From NCBI GenBank assembly GCA_035632895.1, contig DASQFY010000136.1, forward strand, positions 1-39,831: a DNA stretch of 39,831 nt. Reading direction: 5' to 3'. Every line of letters starts with the position of its first letter. Position 1 is the first letter of the stretch. The position numbers were made by a program, and so were the translations under genes. Shown piece by piece: positions 1 through 9,018 of this stretch. The notes beneath the pieces were generated by a model, which was given only the letters and a program-made list of their open reading frames with translations, ran no database searches and was not told the DNA's origin. The DNA is from Candidatus Dormiibacterota bacterium (GTDB lineage Bacteria > Chloroflexota > Limnocylindria > QHBO01).

Positions 1-1528
1 GGATGTGCTGGCGCTCGATGGCGTCGTAAGCCCATGGCATGTCGTGCTCGAGCGCCTGGGTGACGGTGGCGCGGTTGATGACGGGCAACTCCTCAAGCTC
101 GTCGCCACGCACGCCGGCCAGCCAGCGGTCGACGGCTCGCGCCGTCGACCGGCCGCGACCCGCCGCCTCGATGATCGTGGCCGGGCCGGTCACGAAGTCA
201 CCGCAGGCAAAGATGCCATCCACGTTGGTCTGGAACGTGTCGGGGTTGGTCACGACCAACCCACGGTTCAAGTCGAACTTGAGAGCGTTGTACGGCTTCC
301 CATCCGGCCCTGTCGGGGTGGTGCCGTTCAACGGCGGGGTGCGCCAGGATGAGACCGATCCCCCCGGGAGGATCTCGCGCGTATCGGTGACGCCGAGGTG
401 TCGATTCAGCTTGGAGCCGTACTCGCCCAGCACGTTGTTGTCAGCCGCCTGGCTGGTGCAAGGAATCACCATGTCGCACGGAATCGTGAACTCGCTGCCC
501 GGGATCGGTTCCGGCGAGCGCCGGCCACTGGCGTCGGGCGGGCCAAGCTTCACGCGCTGGAAGACCATGCCGATGACCTTGCCCCGCTCGTCGCCGAGCA
601 CCTCGACCGGGGAGGAGAAGAGCTCGAAGCGCACGCCCTCGAAGCGGGTCTCGTGCTGCTCCTCCTCGTCGACCACCATCTCCTCCGGGCCGCGGCGGTA
701 GCACACCACCGACGTCTTGGCGCCGAGCCGCAGGGCGGTGCGCGACGAGTCCATGGCGGTGTATCCGCCGCCCACGATCACCACGTGCTCGCCGACCCAC
801 TGCTCCTGGCCGAGGTTCGCCTTCTTCAGGAAGTCGACGCCGTAGATCACGCCGTCCAGCTCCTCGCCGGGGATGTTCATGGCGACCGGGTACATGCAGC
901 CGGCAGAGACCACCACCGCGTCGTGCCGCTCCCGGAGCTGGTCGATGGTGACGTCGCGCCCCACCTCCACGTTGTAGTGGAACTCAGCGCCGTGCTTGGC
1001 GACCCAGTTCACGTCCAGCTCGATCACGTCACGCGGCAGCCGGAAGGCCGGGACGCCGATCAGGCAGGTGCCGCCCCCGGACGGCAGCGCCTCGTACACA
1101 TGCACCTCGTGGCCATCGCCAGCCAGCTCCTTGGCCGCCGACAGCCCGGCGGGACCGGCGCCGATGACGGCGACGCTCTTGCCGGTCCGCGGCGCGACCA
1201 CGATGTTGTCCGGCATGTTGTTGCCGTAGTGCCAGTCCACCAGGAAACGCTTCATGGCGCGGATGGCGAGCGGCTTGTCGATGTCGGCGCGGCGGCAGGC
1301 CTTCTCGCACGGCGCCGAGCAGACGTATCCGCAGATCGCAGCGACCGGGTTCGGGTCGCGCGCGAGGATGTAGCCCTCCTCGAAGCGGCCCTCCGCGGCG
1401 AGCATCAGGTAGCCCCGGCAATTCGTGTTGACCGGGCAGCCTTCCTGGCACTCGATGTTGCACTGAAGCCAGTCAACGCCGACCTCGGCGGTCTGGAACC
1501 TCAGCGGGATCGCGTTCTCGGTGATCAC
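1..1528 (-). CDS. Glutamate-synthase small-subunit-like (GltD family) NAD(P)H-dependent FAD/Fe-S oxidoreductase; the 3' end runs off the window
   Basis: Absent from the ORF track because there is no stop inside the window. My own minus-strand translation from GTG 1526-1528 reads VITENAIPLRFQTAEV... It contains the Cys clusters CNIECQEGCPVNTNC and CGYVCSAPCEKAC, the dinucleotide folds VAVIGAGPAGLSAA and VVIVGGGYTAMD, and IFACGDFVTGPATIIEAAGRG. The in-frame TAG at 1631-1633 leaves GTG 1528 as the only start. Confidence 0.8.
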   Translation of the reverse strand, partial: MITENAIPLRFQTAEVGVDWLQCNIECQEGCPVNTNCRGYLMLAAEGRFEEGYILARDPNPVAAICGYVCSAPCEKACRRADIDKPLAIRAMKRFLVDWHYGNNMPDNIVVAPRTGKSVAVIGAGPAGLSAAKELAGDGHEVHVYEALPSGGGTCLIGVPAFRLPRDVIELDVNWVAKHGAEFHYNVEVGRDVTIDQLRERHDAVVVSAGCMYPVAMNIPGEELDGVIYGVDFLKKANLGQEQWVGEHVVIVGGGYTAMDSSRTALRLGAKTSVVCYRRGPEEMVVDEEEQHETRFEGVRFELFSSPVEVLGDERGKVIGMVFQRVKLGPPDASGRRSPEPIPGSEFTIPCDMVIPCTSQAADNNVLGEYGSKLNRHLGVTDTREILPGGSVSSWRTPPLNGTTPTGPDGKPYNALKFDLNRGLVVTNPDTFQTNVDGIFACGDFVTGPATIIEAAGRGRSTARAVDRWLAGVRGDELEELPVINRATVTQALEHDMPWAYDAIERQHI

Positions 1529-1630
1529 GGGCGTAATCGCAGAGCGGGTTCCACCACGGCACGCGGAGCGTATGGAGCGGCGACCCGATGCTACCCGTCG
1601 CGCGAGCGTGGTGTCAAAGCAGGGCGCCGT

Positions 1631-3691
1631 CTATTGGTCGGCGAAATACCGCGCCAGCACCTGTCGCACCAGTGGGGCGGCGTCGGAACCACCGGTCGCC
1701 AGCGGGACGCGGACGAGCACGGTGGCGACGCTGATCTGGGCACCGTCGGCCGGGGCGATCGCCGGGAACCATGCGTTCGGGTTCGGACCGCCGGTCTCGG
1801 CCGTGCCGCTCTTGCCGGCCACCTGGATGCCGAAGCCGGCGAATGCGGAGCGCGCGGTGCCGTAGGACAGGTTGACGACGGCCTTCATCGACTCCACCAC
1901 GTAGTCGAGCTGGGGCTGCGTCAGGCTGACCTGTCGGGTCCGCCTCGACGCCACCGGCGCCGGCGTTCCGTCGGGTGGGCGCGACTCGACCACGATGCGC
2001 GGCACCCAGAGGATTCCACCGTTTCCGAACGCCGCGTACGCGTTTGCCATCTGGAGCGGGGTGGCCAGCAGACTGCCCTGGCCGATCGCCAGCTGGATCT
2101 GGTCGAACGGGCCATACGGGCTGTAGGCGTCATTCCAGCGTTTGGTGAGCTCGAAGTACTGCCGATCGGGAAGGATGCCAGCCACCTCAGGCAGGTGCTG
2201 GATGCCGCTGAGCTGGCCGAAGCCAAACTCTCGCACCAGGTCGGTGAGCGCGGTGACGTCGTCGTCGTACACCATGATCGAGAGCGGCATGTAGGTCGTG
2301 TTGCAGCTGAATGCCATCGCCTCCAGCAGCGAGACGAAGCCGGGCAGCGTGTGCTCGAGGTAGTTGCGGAACGTGAAGCCCGAGAAGGTCCACGTACCCT
2401 GGCATGGCATCCGGGTGGACGGCGAGGCGACGCCGGTCTTCAGAGCGGCGCCCAGGGTGAAGACCTTGAAGGACGAGCCGGTCGGGTAGGCAGCCATCGT
2501 GGCGTGGTTGAGCCGTGCGCTGGCGCTCGGGGCCCCCAGCGACTGCCCTCCCAGCGTGGTGCCGAGGGTCATGGCGTTCGGGTTGAAGAGCGGAGCGGAG
2601 GCGAGCGCCCAGACATCGCCGCTGGCCGGGTCGATGACCGCCGTCCCCGCCTCGGCATAGCCACCGATCGCCGCCTCCGCGGCCGCCTGGATCCGCGGCC
2701 TGATGCTGATCACGACGTCCTGTCCGGGCACCATCGGCCGTTCCAGCACGGACGCGCCATCGTCGCCCGCTGGAGGAACGGCGCTGAGGGTGAGGCCTGG
2801 CTGGCCGCGCAGGAGCGCCTCGGCACCCTGCTCGATGCCACCACGGCCAATCAGGTCGCCGGCGGCGTAGCCCTGGGTCGCGAAGGTCTTCAGCTCGTCG
2901 GAAGTCACCTCGCTCACCCAGCCGATCGTCTGGCCGGCGAGCCATTCCTGAGGGTAGACCCGGACGCCGTCGTCGCGGGACTGGGCGAATACCGTGCCGT
3001 CGACGGAAACGATGCGCCCCCGTGGCGCGGGCAGCCGCGTCACCGCCAGCGTCCCCCCCTCGCCGAGCTCGGGGAAGAGCACCGCCGCGCTCCAGTGGAT
3101 CTGCCAGCCGGTGGCACCCTGCACCAGGATGAGCTGGCGGTTGAGGTCCACGTCGCCGAAGAGATCGGTCGAGAAATGCAGCTCGACCGGGATGCGGAGC
3201 GCCGGCACCGGGCCGTCGAGGGGGGTGTCGGGCGCGGCCGGCGTCGTCGAGGGAGACGGAGCCGGGCTGGCCGTAGGAGGCACGAGCGGCTCGGTCGTGG
3301 GGCCGGCGCTCGGCAGCGGTGCGCCCGCCGGGGCAGGCTGGTCAGGCGGGCGTGCCTGGGGCGGCAGGGTGGTTGGGATGGTGGAACCAACCGCCCAACG
3401 CATCCGCTTGACGCCCGTGAGCTCCTCGAAGGTTTCGAGCAGGCCGACAAACTCCCCCTCGCTCATTCGCTGGCGGTCGGCGGCCGCGAGCATTCCGTAC
3501 ATCGGCTCGTAGCTGCGAATGCGCCAGGCCGCGAGGAAGGCTCGGACCGTGTCATCGGCGGCGCTCTGGGGCGGGGTCGGAACCGGCGTCGGGTAGGGCG
3601 TCGGGACGGGACCCGGGGTCGAGCAGGCTGCGGCCAGAGCCAACGCCACGACCAGGACGGCGATCGGTCGAGAGGCCACCCGCATCGCCAT
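1631..3691 (-). CDS. Penicillin-binding protein (class B-type transpeptidase), lipoprotein-anchored
   Basis: ORF 1631..3892 trimmed to ATG 3689-3691. The N-terminus MAMRVASRPIAVLVVALALAAAC is a signal peptide with a lipobox Cys. This ATG overlaps the upstream TGA by 1 nt. Transpeptidase motifs are present: SSFK (SxxK), SCN (SxN) and KSGT (KTG-type). A Pro-rich linker lies in the N-terminal half. Confidence 0.85.
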   Translation of the reverse strand: MAMRVASRPIAVLVVALALAAACSTPGPVPTPYPTPVPTPPQSAADDTVRAFLAAWRIRSYEPMYGMLAAADRQRMSEGEFVGLLETFEELTGVKRMRWAVGSTIPTTLPPQARPPDQPAPAGAPLPSAGPTTEPLVPPTASPAPSPSTTPAAPDTPLDGPVPALRIPVELHFSTDLFGDVDLNRQLILVQGATGWQIHWSAAVLFPELGEGGTLAVTRLPAPRGRIVSVDGTVFAQSRDDGVRVYPQEWLAGQTIGWVSEVTSDELKTFATQGYAAGDLIGRGGIEQGAEALLRGQPGLTLSAVPPAGDDGASVLERPMVPGQDVVISIRPRIQAAAEAAIGGYAEAGTAVIDPASGDVWALASAPLFNPNAMTLGTTLGGQSLGAPSASARLNHATMAAYPTGSSFKVFTLGAALKTGVASPSTRMPCQGTWTFSGFTFRNYLEHTLPGFVSLLEAMAFSCNTTYMPLSIMVYDDDVTALTDLVREFGFGQLSGIQHLPEVAGILPDRQYFELTKRWNDAYSPYGPFDQIQLAIGQGSLLATPLQMANAYAAFGNGGILWVPRIVVESRPPDGTPAPVASRRTRQVSLTQPQLDYVVESMKAVVNLSYGTARSAFAGFGIQVAGKSGTAETGGPNPNAWFPAIAPADGAQISVATVLVRVPLATGGSDAAPLVRQVLARYFADQ

Positions 3692-4368
3692 CAACGGGCC
3701 AGCATCACGCGTCGGAAGCCCTCGGCAGCCCGATACCCGGCCCGCTCCCCAAGCTCCTCGGCTCGGCGGCGCAGCCATTTGGCCGTCTCCGTGAAGTCGT
3801 GAAACTGGCTGACATGGTGCGCCAGCGCGGCGATCTTGCGCTCCAGCGTATCGCTGATATCGACGATCTGGTTCGCCTCGTTGGTGCTCCATAGGAAGAG
3901 CTCGGCCACCTTCCAGGGCTGCAGGCCGGCCTCGAGGTGCTCCGGGAAGTTCAACGGGTCACGCGCGGTGGGAAAGACCGCGTCAACCGTCACCTCGCCT
4001 ACTGCCCGATGATCTGGATGGTTCACCCACTCGTTGTTCACGAACATGACCGTCGGGTCGTGGCTCATCACCACCTCGGGTCGAGCCCGCCGGATGGCAT
4101 ACGTGACCCGTTCTCGGAGGCGGAGGCTGGGCTCGACCTGGCCGTCGGGCTCGTCCAGGAAGTCGACGTCGGTGACCCCGATCTCCGCAGCCGCGCCCCG
4201 CTGCTCCACTTCCCGCACGGCCGCCAGGGTACGGGGATCGACTCCGGGGTCGTCACTGCCCTTGTCGCCGCGGGTCATAAGCAGATAGCTGACCCGCGCC
4301 CCCTCGTCAACCCAGCGCGCGACCGTGCCCGCTGCGCCGAACTCGATGTCGTCCGGGTGTGCGGCCAC
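3691..4368 (-). CDS. PIG-L/LmbE family N-acetylglucosaminyl deacetylase
   Basis: AAHPDDIEFG and VNHPDHRAVG motifs. The listed GTG start sits directly on the AHPDD strand. The true start may be CTG 4408-4410 (see findings). Confidence 0.8.
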   Translation of the reverse strand: MAAHPDDIEFGAAGTVARWVDEGARVSYLLMTRGDKGSDDPGVDPRTLAAVREVEQRGAAAEIGVTDVDFLDEPDGQVEPSLRLRERVTYAIRRARPEVVMSHDPTVMFVNNEWVNHPDHRAVGEVTVDAVFPTARDPLNFPEHLEAGLQPWKVAELFLWSTNEANQIVDISDTLERKIAALAHHVSQFHDFTETAKWLRRRAEELGERAGYRAAEGFRRVMLAR

Positions 4369-4441
4369 GACCAGGACGCGTTCGGGGGTGGGGAGCCGGT
4401 CGTTGGGCAGGGTCCCCGCATGCTAGCAGCCGGGGCGGGAA

Positions 4442-6979
4442 TCAGCGGATGGCGGCTCCGGGGAGCGGCGTGCTGACCGGTGTGCCGAGGCGAATGAGCC
4501 GGTCGCGCGGTTCGCTCAACGAGTCGGCGGCCCAGGCCACCACATCGTCGTCGTGGCTGAAGAGGATCACCTGCCGGTCGGCGCTGAGTTCGTGGAGCAC
4601 GTCGAGCACGTGGCGCTTCCGCTCCGAGTCTGCCTGCGCGGTGACCTCATCGAGCAGGAGTGGGGCCATGTCGTGGGTCGTCACCAGGTGCTCGGCCATC
4701 GCCACCCGGAGCAGCAGGTAGATCTGCTCGCGAGTCCCCTCAGAGAGCAGGCGGGCGTCACGCCACTGGCCGGTGCGCGCCTCCTTGACATCGACAGAGA
4801 GGTCGCGCGGGTTCATGCCCACCTCGATGTAGGCGCCACCCGTGATGGCGGGCAGATGGCGTTGCACGGATGCAGTCAGGATCGGCGCCAGGTCCCGATG
4901 GACGCGCCGCTCTGCCGTCTCGAGAAGGGTGAGCGTCTCATCGATGACGGCAGCCAAATCCTGCACCCGCAGCAGCTCGATGCGGGCAGCCGAAGCACGC
5001 TCCTCCACCTCTGCCACATTCGGCAGGGTGCTGGCGAGCAGGCGCAGCTCGCCGGTGAGCGCATCGAAGACCTGCTTCGATCGAGAGGCCTCAGCCCGGG
5101 CGGCGGTCACCACGGCCTCACCGTCACGGCCCGGCGGGAGGATGGCGTCCTCGCCCGCAAGCTGAGCGAGTCGAGTCGCGACCTCGGCGCGTTGATCCGC
5201 CTCGGCCTGGAGCTCGGCCAGCGTTCCACCATGCAGCAGCCCGGTCAGCTCCTGCCACTGGCGGATGGCGATCTCGCTGGCGCGCGCAGCCTCGGTCTGC
5301 TGCCCCTGCCAGGCGGTGAGGCTGGCGACCAGCGCCTCAGGGTTTGCGTCCTCAGCCCGCCCGATATGCTGGGCTGCCGTGCGCAGGGCAGACTCGGTCG
5401 AGCTTGCCGCCTTTTCGGCACGGGCCGCTCCCTCCTCGGCCGCCTCGCGCGCCTCGACGGCACGCCGCAGGCCTTCGGCCCCGGCGGCGGCACGGGCAAG
5501 ATCCTCCCGCTTGGCACATGCAAGCTCGTAGGCGGCGACGGATGCTCGAAGCTCATCCTCCGTGTCGGCGCCACGCTCGCGCAGGGAGCCGCGGAGTCCG
5601 TCCTCCGCCAGGCGCACGGCCTCTCGCAGGCGTGTGGCGCGTGCCTCCCAATCGGCGGAGAGCCGCTCGTCCCGGTCAGCCGCGGCATGCATGCTTGCCG
5701 CGACCAGCCGTCCCGTAGTGGCACGTCGCCACGCCCACGCGGCGAGCGCGCCCGCCAAGACCAGCAGGCCGATTCCGAGAAGCGTCTGCCCCAGAATGGC
5801 GAGGATCAGGCCGGCAACTCCCACGCCTGCGGGGCCCAGGATCGGGATGAGCGGCGACGCGGGGAGCGTTGGCGGCAGCGTTGCCGTGTCGGCGGCTGGG
5901 GGAGCTGACGAACCCTCCCCGTGCACGCGCAGCGCCTCCTCGGCCAGGTCGAGCGTCCGAGATGCGTCGGCGACCGATCGGTCGGGACGTCGGTCGCCGG
6001 CAGGGATCGCGGGCAGGGCCGCGAGCTGTTCGCGCAGCTCTGCCGCCGTGGCGCCACTGAGCGACACCGGCGTCGGCCGGCGACGCCAGGACTCGAGCGC
6101 GGCCGCCACCTCGTCGGCAAGCTCGTTGCGGACCGCCAGCGCCGCCGGGGGCTCCGGGTGTGCCGCCGCCAGCTGTGCGGCGCGCTCGGCCCTGGCCGCC
6201 AGGTCCGTCGCGGAGCGCAGCGCATGCGCAGCCTCCGCGACCGACAAGCCGCGCTCAGCGGCATCGTGATCGCGCGCCGCTTCCTCGAGCCGCGCTTGGC
6301 GATCCAGGTAGTCGGCATGCAGGCGCCGAGCTTCGGCCAGCGCGGCATCGGCGGCCTCCTGCTCGCGCATCGAGACCCACATCGGGCCGGTCGCGCCAAC
6401 ACGCACCGCGCCGACGGCCTCCTTTCGGAATGCCTTGAGCCCTGAAATTGCCTCGGCGGCCGTCGCATCGGTGCCTCGCGTCGCGGCAGCGCGCTGCATG
6501 TGATCCTGGAGCGCGGCGGCGCTGTCGGCGACGGCCATGATCTGTGCCTGGCTGACGGCCGCTACCGCGGTGAACGACTCGCGATCCAGGCCGAGCCACC
6601 GGCTGGCGTCCGGCGTTCCCTCGTTGATGACCTCGCTCGAGACATCGTCACCCAGGACGACGTCGCGGGCGCGGCAGGCAACCCGGCCGGCGAGATCCTG
6701 GCTGATGTCGATGGTGCGTCCATCGGCAAGGTGCAGGCGGGCCTCGACCTCCCATCGGTCCGGCGAGTCCCACGGCCGATGGTGCTCGATGACCGACGCC
6801 GCCTCCTTGGTCCGGCCGGGACCCCGGCGCACCCCTGTCAGGGCCAATCGCATCGCAGCGTGCCAGCTCGTCTTGCCGGCCTCGTTCGGCCCGGTAATGA
6901 CGCTCATCCCCTCACCAAGCTCCAGGCTCTCTTCCCGGAGCGGGCCGAACGCCCGGGCCATGACTCGCTCAATCCACAT
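4442..6979 (-). CDS. SbcC/Rad50-like AAA ATPase of the YhaN (SbcE) type, with a central hydrophobic hairpin
   Basis: Walker A GPNEAGKT, signature-like LSEGTREQ, and Walker B/D-loop PLLLDEV...VILFSHDDD. Long Ala/Glu/Arg-rich predicted coiled coils. About 40 hydrophobic residues fall at aa 376-417. The gene sits 3 nt downstream of the nuclease partner. Confidence 0.8.
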   Translation of the reverse strand: MWIERVMARAFGPLREESLELGEGMSVITGPNEAGKTSWHAAMRLALTGVRRGPGRTKEAASVIEHHRPWDSPDRWEVEARLHLADGRTIDISQDLAGRVACRARDVVLGDDVSSEVINEGTPDASRWLGLDRESFTAVAAVSQAQIMAVADSAAALQDHMQRAAATRGTDATAAEAISGLKAFRKEAVGAVRVGATGPMWVSMREQEAADAALAEARRLHADYLDRQARLEEAARDHDAAERGLSVAEAAHALRSATDLAARAERAAQLAAAHPEPPAALAVRNELADEVAAALESWRRRPTPVSLSGATAAELREQLAALPAIPAGDRRPDRSVADASRTLDLAEEALRVHGEGSSAPPAADTATLPPTLPASPLIPILGPAGVGVAGLILAILGQTLLGIGLLVLAGALAAWAWRRATTGRLVAASMHAAADRDERLSADWEARATRLREAVRLAEDGLRGSLRERGADTEDELRASVAAYELACAKREDLARAAAGAEGLRRAVEAREAAEEGAARAEKAASSTESALRTAAQHIGRAEDANPEALVASLTAWQGQQTEAARASEIAIRQWQELTGLLHGGTLAELQAEADQRAEVATRLAQLAGEDAILPPGRDGEAVVTAARAEASRSKQVFDALTGELRLLASTLPNVAEVEERASAARIELLRVQDLAAVIDETLTLLETAERRVHRDLAPILTASVQRHLPAITGGAYIEVGMNPRDLSVDVKEARTGQWRDARLLSEGTREQIYLLLRVAMAEHLVTTHDMAPLLLDEVTAQADSERKRHVLDVLHELSADRQVILFSHDDDVVAWAADSLSEPRDRLIRLGTPVSTPLPGAAIR

Positions 6980-6982
6980 TAC

Positions 6983-8083
6983 TCAGGCCACCTCGAGGTC
7001 GTCGCGACCCTCCAGCGCCCGCAGCCCGGTGATCAGCACTTTGCGTCGATGGTCGTCATCCGCGATCTCCTGGGCATCGCGCGCGAACTGCCCGCGCACG
7101 GTCATCTCGGACTGGATCGCCTCGAGGTCGTAGGCGGGCTGAAGGGCGCTCGTCCGGATGACGAGGCCGTCGAGATGCTCGCCAAGAGCGCCAAGCGCGC
7201 GGGGATCGACCGGTAGCTCGGCCGGCACCTCGCCGGTGAGTGTGAGCCGGACCGATCCGGACAGCTCGGCGATCGCCATCGCGACACGCTGGAGCACGTC
7301 GTCGACGTGGTGGCACCCGTCGAGCGTCACCGCCAGGTCGTGTACCGGGCTGACGGCCACGAAGCGACGCTCGCGCGTCAGGGTGCCGTCATCCGCGACG
7401 CTGGCGAGGACAACGCTCCGTCCATCGGATTCGCCGAACGACAAAGGATCGGGATTGCCGGGGTAGGTATAGCGGTCGCGGTCGCGAGCGACGTGGTAAT
7501 GACCCAGGAACGCGTGCGCGATGCCGGCCGCCTCCAGCTCCGTGGCGTCGAACGGGGCGTGGAGCTCCTTGCCCGACTCCTGGAAGGGAAGCGCGCTTCG
7601 CTCGGATGCGTGGGCCAGCGCAAGGTGGATGCCACCCCGATCTGGGCGAAAGTCGGCGAAGAATCCATCGGTGTTCGCCGGCGCGCGATGGGCGGCGCCC
7701 CACAGGGTCAGCCCATCGGCCAGTGACATCGGCGTCAGGGTCGCCTCGGTGAAAACGTGGACGTTGGGGCTCCATTCGGCCAGCGCGTAGGGGCTGCGGG
7801 CGGAGTACCAGTCGTGGTTGCCTGGGGCGAGGAAGATCGGCCGATCGGTCCGGGCGAAGCTCTCGCGCAGAAAGGTGACCGTATCGGGCGTGAAGCGGTC
7901 GTGCTCGAACAGGTCGCCGGCGCAGAGCACCGCATTGACGTTCTCCTCGTCGGCGAGGGCCAGGATGCGGGACAGTGTCTCCCGGCGGTTGCGACGTCGA
8001 AGGCGCGCGGTCTCAGGCGACGCCCAGGCGAACGGCGCGTCGAGGTGCAGGTCGGCGAAGTGCAGCAGTCTCACTGCTGCCAA
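6983..8083 (-). CDS. SbcD/YhaO-like metallophosphoesterase (DNA repair exonuclease)
   Basis: Calcineurin-fold motifs FADLHLD, GDLFE, GNHD and GHYH. Located immediately upstream of the SMC-like ATPase. Confidence 0.85.
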   Translation of the reverse strand: MAAVRLLHFADLHLDAPFAWASPETARLRRRNRRETLSRILALADEENVNAVLCAGDLFEHDRFTPDTVTFLRESFARTDRPIFLAPGNHDWYSARSPYALAEWSPNVHVFTEATLTPMSLADGLTLWGAAHRAPANTDGFFADFRPDRGGIHLALAHASERSALPFQESGKELHAPFDATELEAAGIAHAFLGHYHVARDRDRYTYPGNPDPLSFGESDGRSVVLASVADDGTLTRERRFVAVSPVHDLAVTLDGCHHVDDVLQRVAMAIAELSGSVRLTLTGEVPAELPVDPRALGALGEHLDGLVIRTSALQPAYDLEAIQSEMTVRGQFARDAQEIADDDHRRKVLITGLRALEGRDDLEVA

Positions 8084-8175
8084 GGGTACCGAAGCTCGTG
8101 ACAGCTAGGCCGTCACGATTGACCGCCGGCGGGTCACCCACGCCGGCAGTCGGAGCGCGATTCGAGCGAGCGGCG

Positions 8176-8325
8176 TCAGGCTGTTCTGCGTCCGCTCAGC
8201 AGGTTGAAGACGAGGACCACCAGCGCGACGACCAGCAGCAGGTGGATAAGTCCGCCAGCCGTGAAACTGGTGATCACGCCGAGCAGCCACAGGACGGCCA
8301 GGATGACGATCAGCGTCCAGAGCAA
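8176..8325 (-). CDS. Small two-TM membrane protein (49 aa), lmo0937-family-like
   Basis: Below the ORF-track size cutoff. AGGAGG (8335-8340, minus strand) lies 9 nt upstream of TTG 8323-8325. Translation: (M)LWTLIVILAVLWLLGVITSFTAGGLIHLLLVVALVVLVFNLLSGRRTA, ending at TGA 8176-8178. Confidence 0.65.
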   Translation of the reverse strand: MLWTLIVILAVLWLLGVITSFTAGGLIHLLLVVALVVLVFNLLSGRRTA

Positions 8326-8385
8326 GGTTCCGTACCTCCTGCCCGGCAACGCCAAGCAAGACCCGTGCCGAGAGCGGACGCTTGG

Positions 8386-8532
8386 CTACTCGGCTTCCTC
8401 GCGCTCGTTCAGCAGCTGCACCACCAGCAGCACGGCCGCCACCACCAGCAGGAGGTTGACCAGCGGACCCCAGGCCAGGAGCAGCCCGACGAACCAGAGC
8501 ACGAGGACGAGCGCGACGGCGGTCCAGATCAT
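8386..8532 (-). CDS. Small two-TM membrane protein (48 aa), paralogous architecture to 8176..8325
   Basis: Below the ORF-track cutoff. GAGGG lies 4 nt upstream of ATG 8530-8532. Translation: MIWTAVALVLVLWFVGLLLAWGPLVNLLLVVAAVLLVVQLLNEREEAE, ending at TAG 8386-8388. Confidence 0.55.
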   Translation of the reverse strand: MIWTAVALVLVLWFVGLLLAWGPLVNLLLVVAAVLLVVQLLNEREEAE

Positions 8533-8539
8533 GCGACCC

Positions 8540-9004
8540 TCACGCGGCCATGGCTTCCAGCAGCAGGTCCACGTGCTCGTTGGGCTTCACCTTGGGAAGC
8601 ACGTGCTCGACCCGGCCGTCCGGCCCGATTATGAAGCTGGTCCGCTCCGTCCCCATGTAGGTCTTGCCCATCAGTCCCTTCTCCACCCAGACGCCATACG
8701 CCTCGGCCATCTGATGCGCCTCGTCCGAGAGCAGGCGATAGGGAAGATCGTACTTGGCCCGGAACTTGACGTGCCTCGTCACCGAGTCGGTCGAGACGCC
8801 GAACACCTCGACCCCGGTACCGGTAACCCGCCGGAAGTTGTCGCGCAGGCTGCAGGCCTGGGCCGTGCAGCCAGGGGTGTCGTCCTTGGGGTAGAAGTAG
8901 AGGATGTACCGGCGACCGATGAGGCCGTCGCGCGACACCTCCGAGCCGTCGTCGGCGGACACCCTGAAGGCGGGCGCCTGGTCTCCGGGATTCGGTCGGC
9001 TCAT
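8540..9004 (-). CDS. bcp: Thioredoxin-dependent peroxiredoxin Bcp/PrxQ
   Basis: YFYPKDDTPGCTAQAC active-site motif and a typical 154-aa length. Confidence 0.9.
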   Translation of the reverse strand: MSRPNPGDQAPAFRVSADDGSEVSRDGLIGRRYILYFYPKDDTPGCTAQACSLRDNFRRVTGTGVEVFGVSTDSVTRHVKFRAKYDLPYRLLSDEAHQMAEAYGVWVEKGLMGKTYMGTERTSFIIGPDGRVEHVLPKVKPNEHVDLLLEAMAA

Positions 9005-9018
9005 GGATCGATCGTAGC

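Noticed and set aside
398-3802. The longest ORF in the track (1134 aa, plus strand).
   Set aside because: It is antisense to the GltD-like gene and the PBP gene. Its composition is extreme in Arg/Gly/His/Asp with no recognisable motif, which is a typical high-GC shadow ORF. The opposite strand carries clear enzyme motifs.
4442-8083. The SMC-like ATPase plus metallophosphoesterase as an anti-phage system (Lamassu/Wadjet/Gabija-like).
   Set aside because: The gene order, nuclease motifs and ATPase architecture match the housekeeping SbcCD/YhaON DNA-repair class. There is no additional effector or kleisin-like gene. The neighbours are cell-wall genes.
8125-8147. Inverted repeat GCCGGCG-N9-CGCCGGC between the small membrane protein gene and the nuclease gene, considered as an intrinsic terminator.
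   Set aside because: The stem has only 7 bp, and no U-tract follows it on the transcribed (minus) strand. I cannot distinguish it from chance GC-rich self-complementarity.
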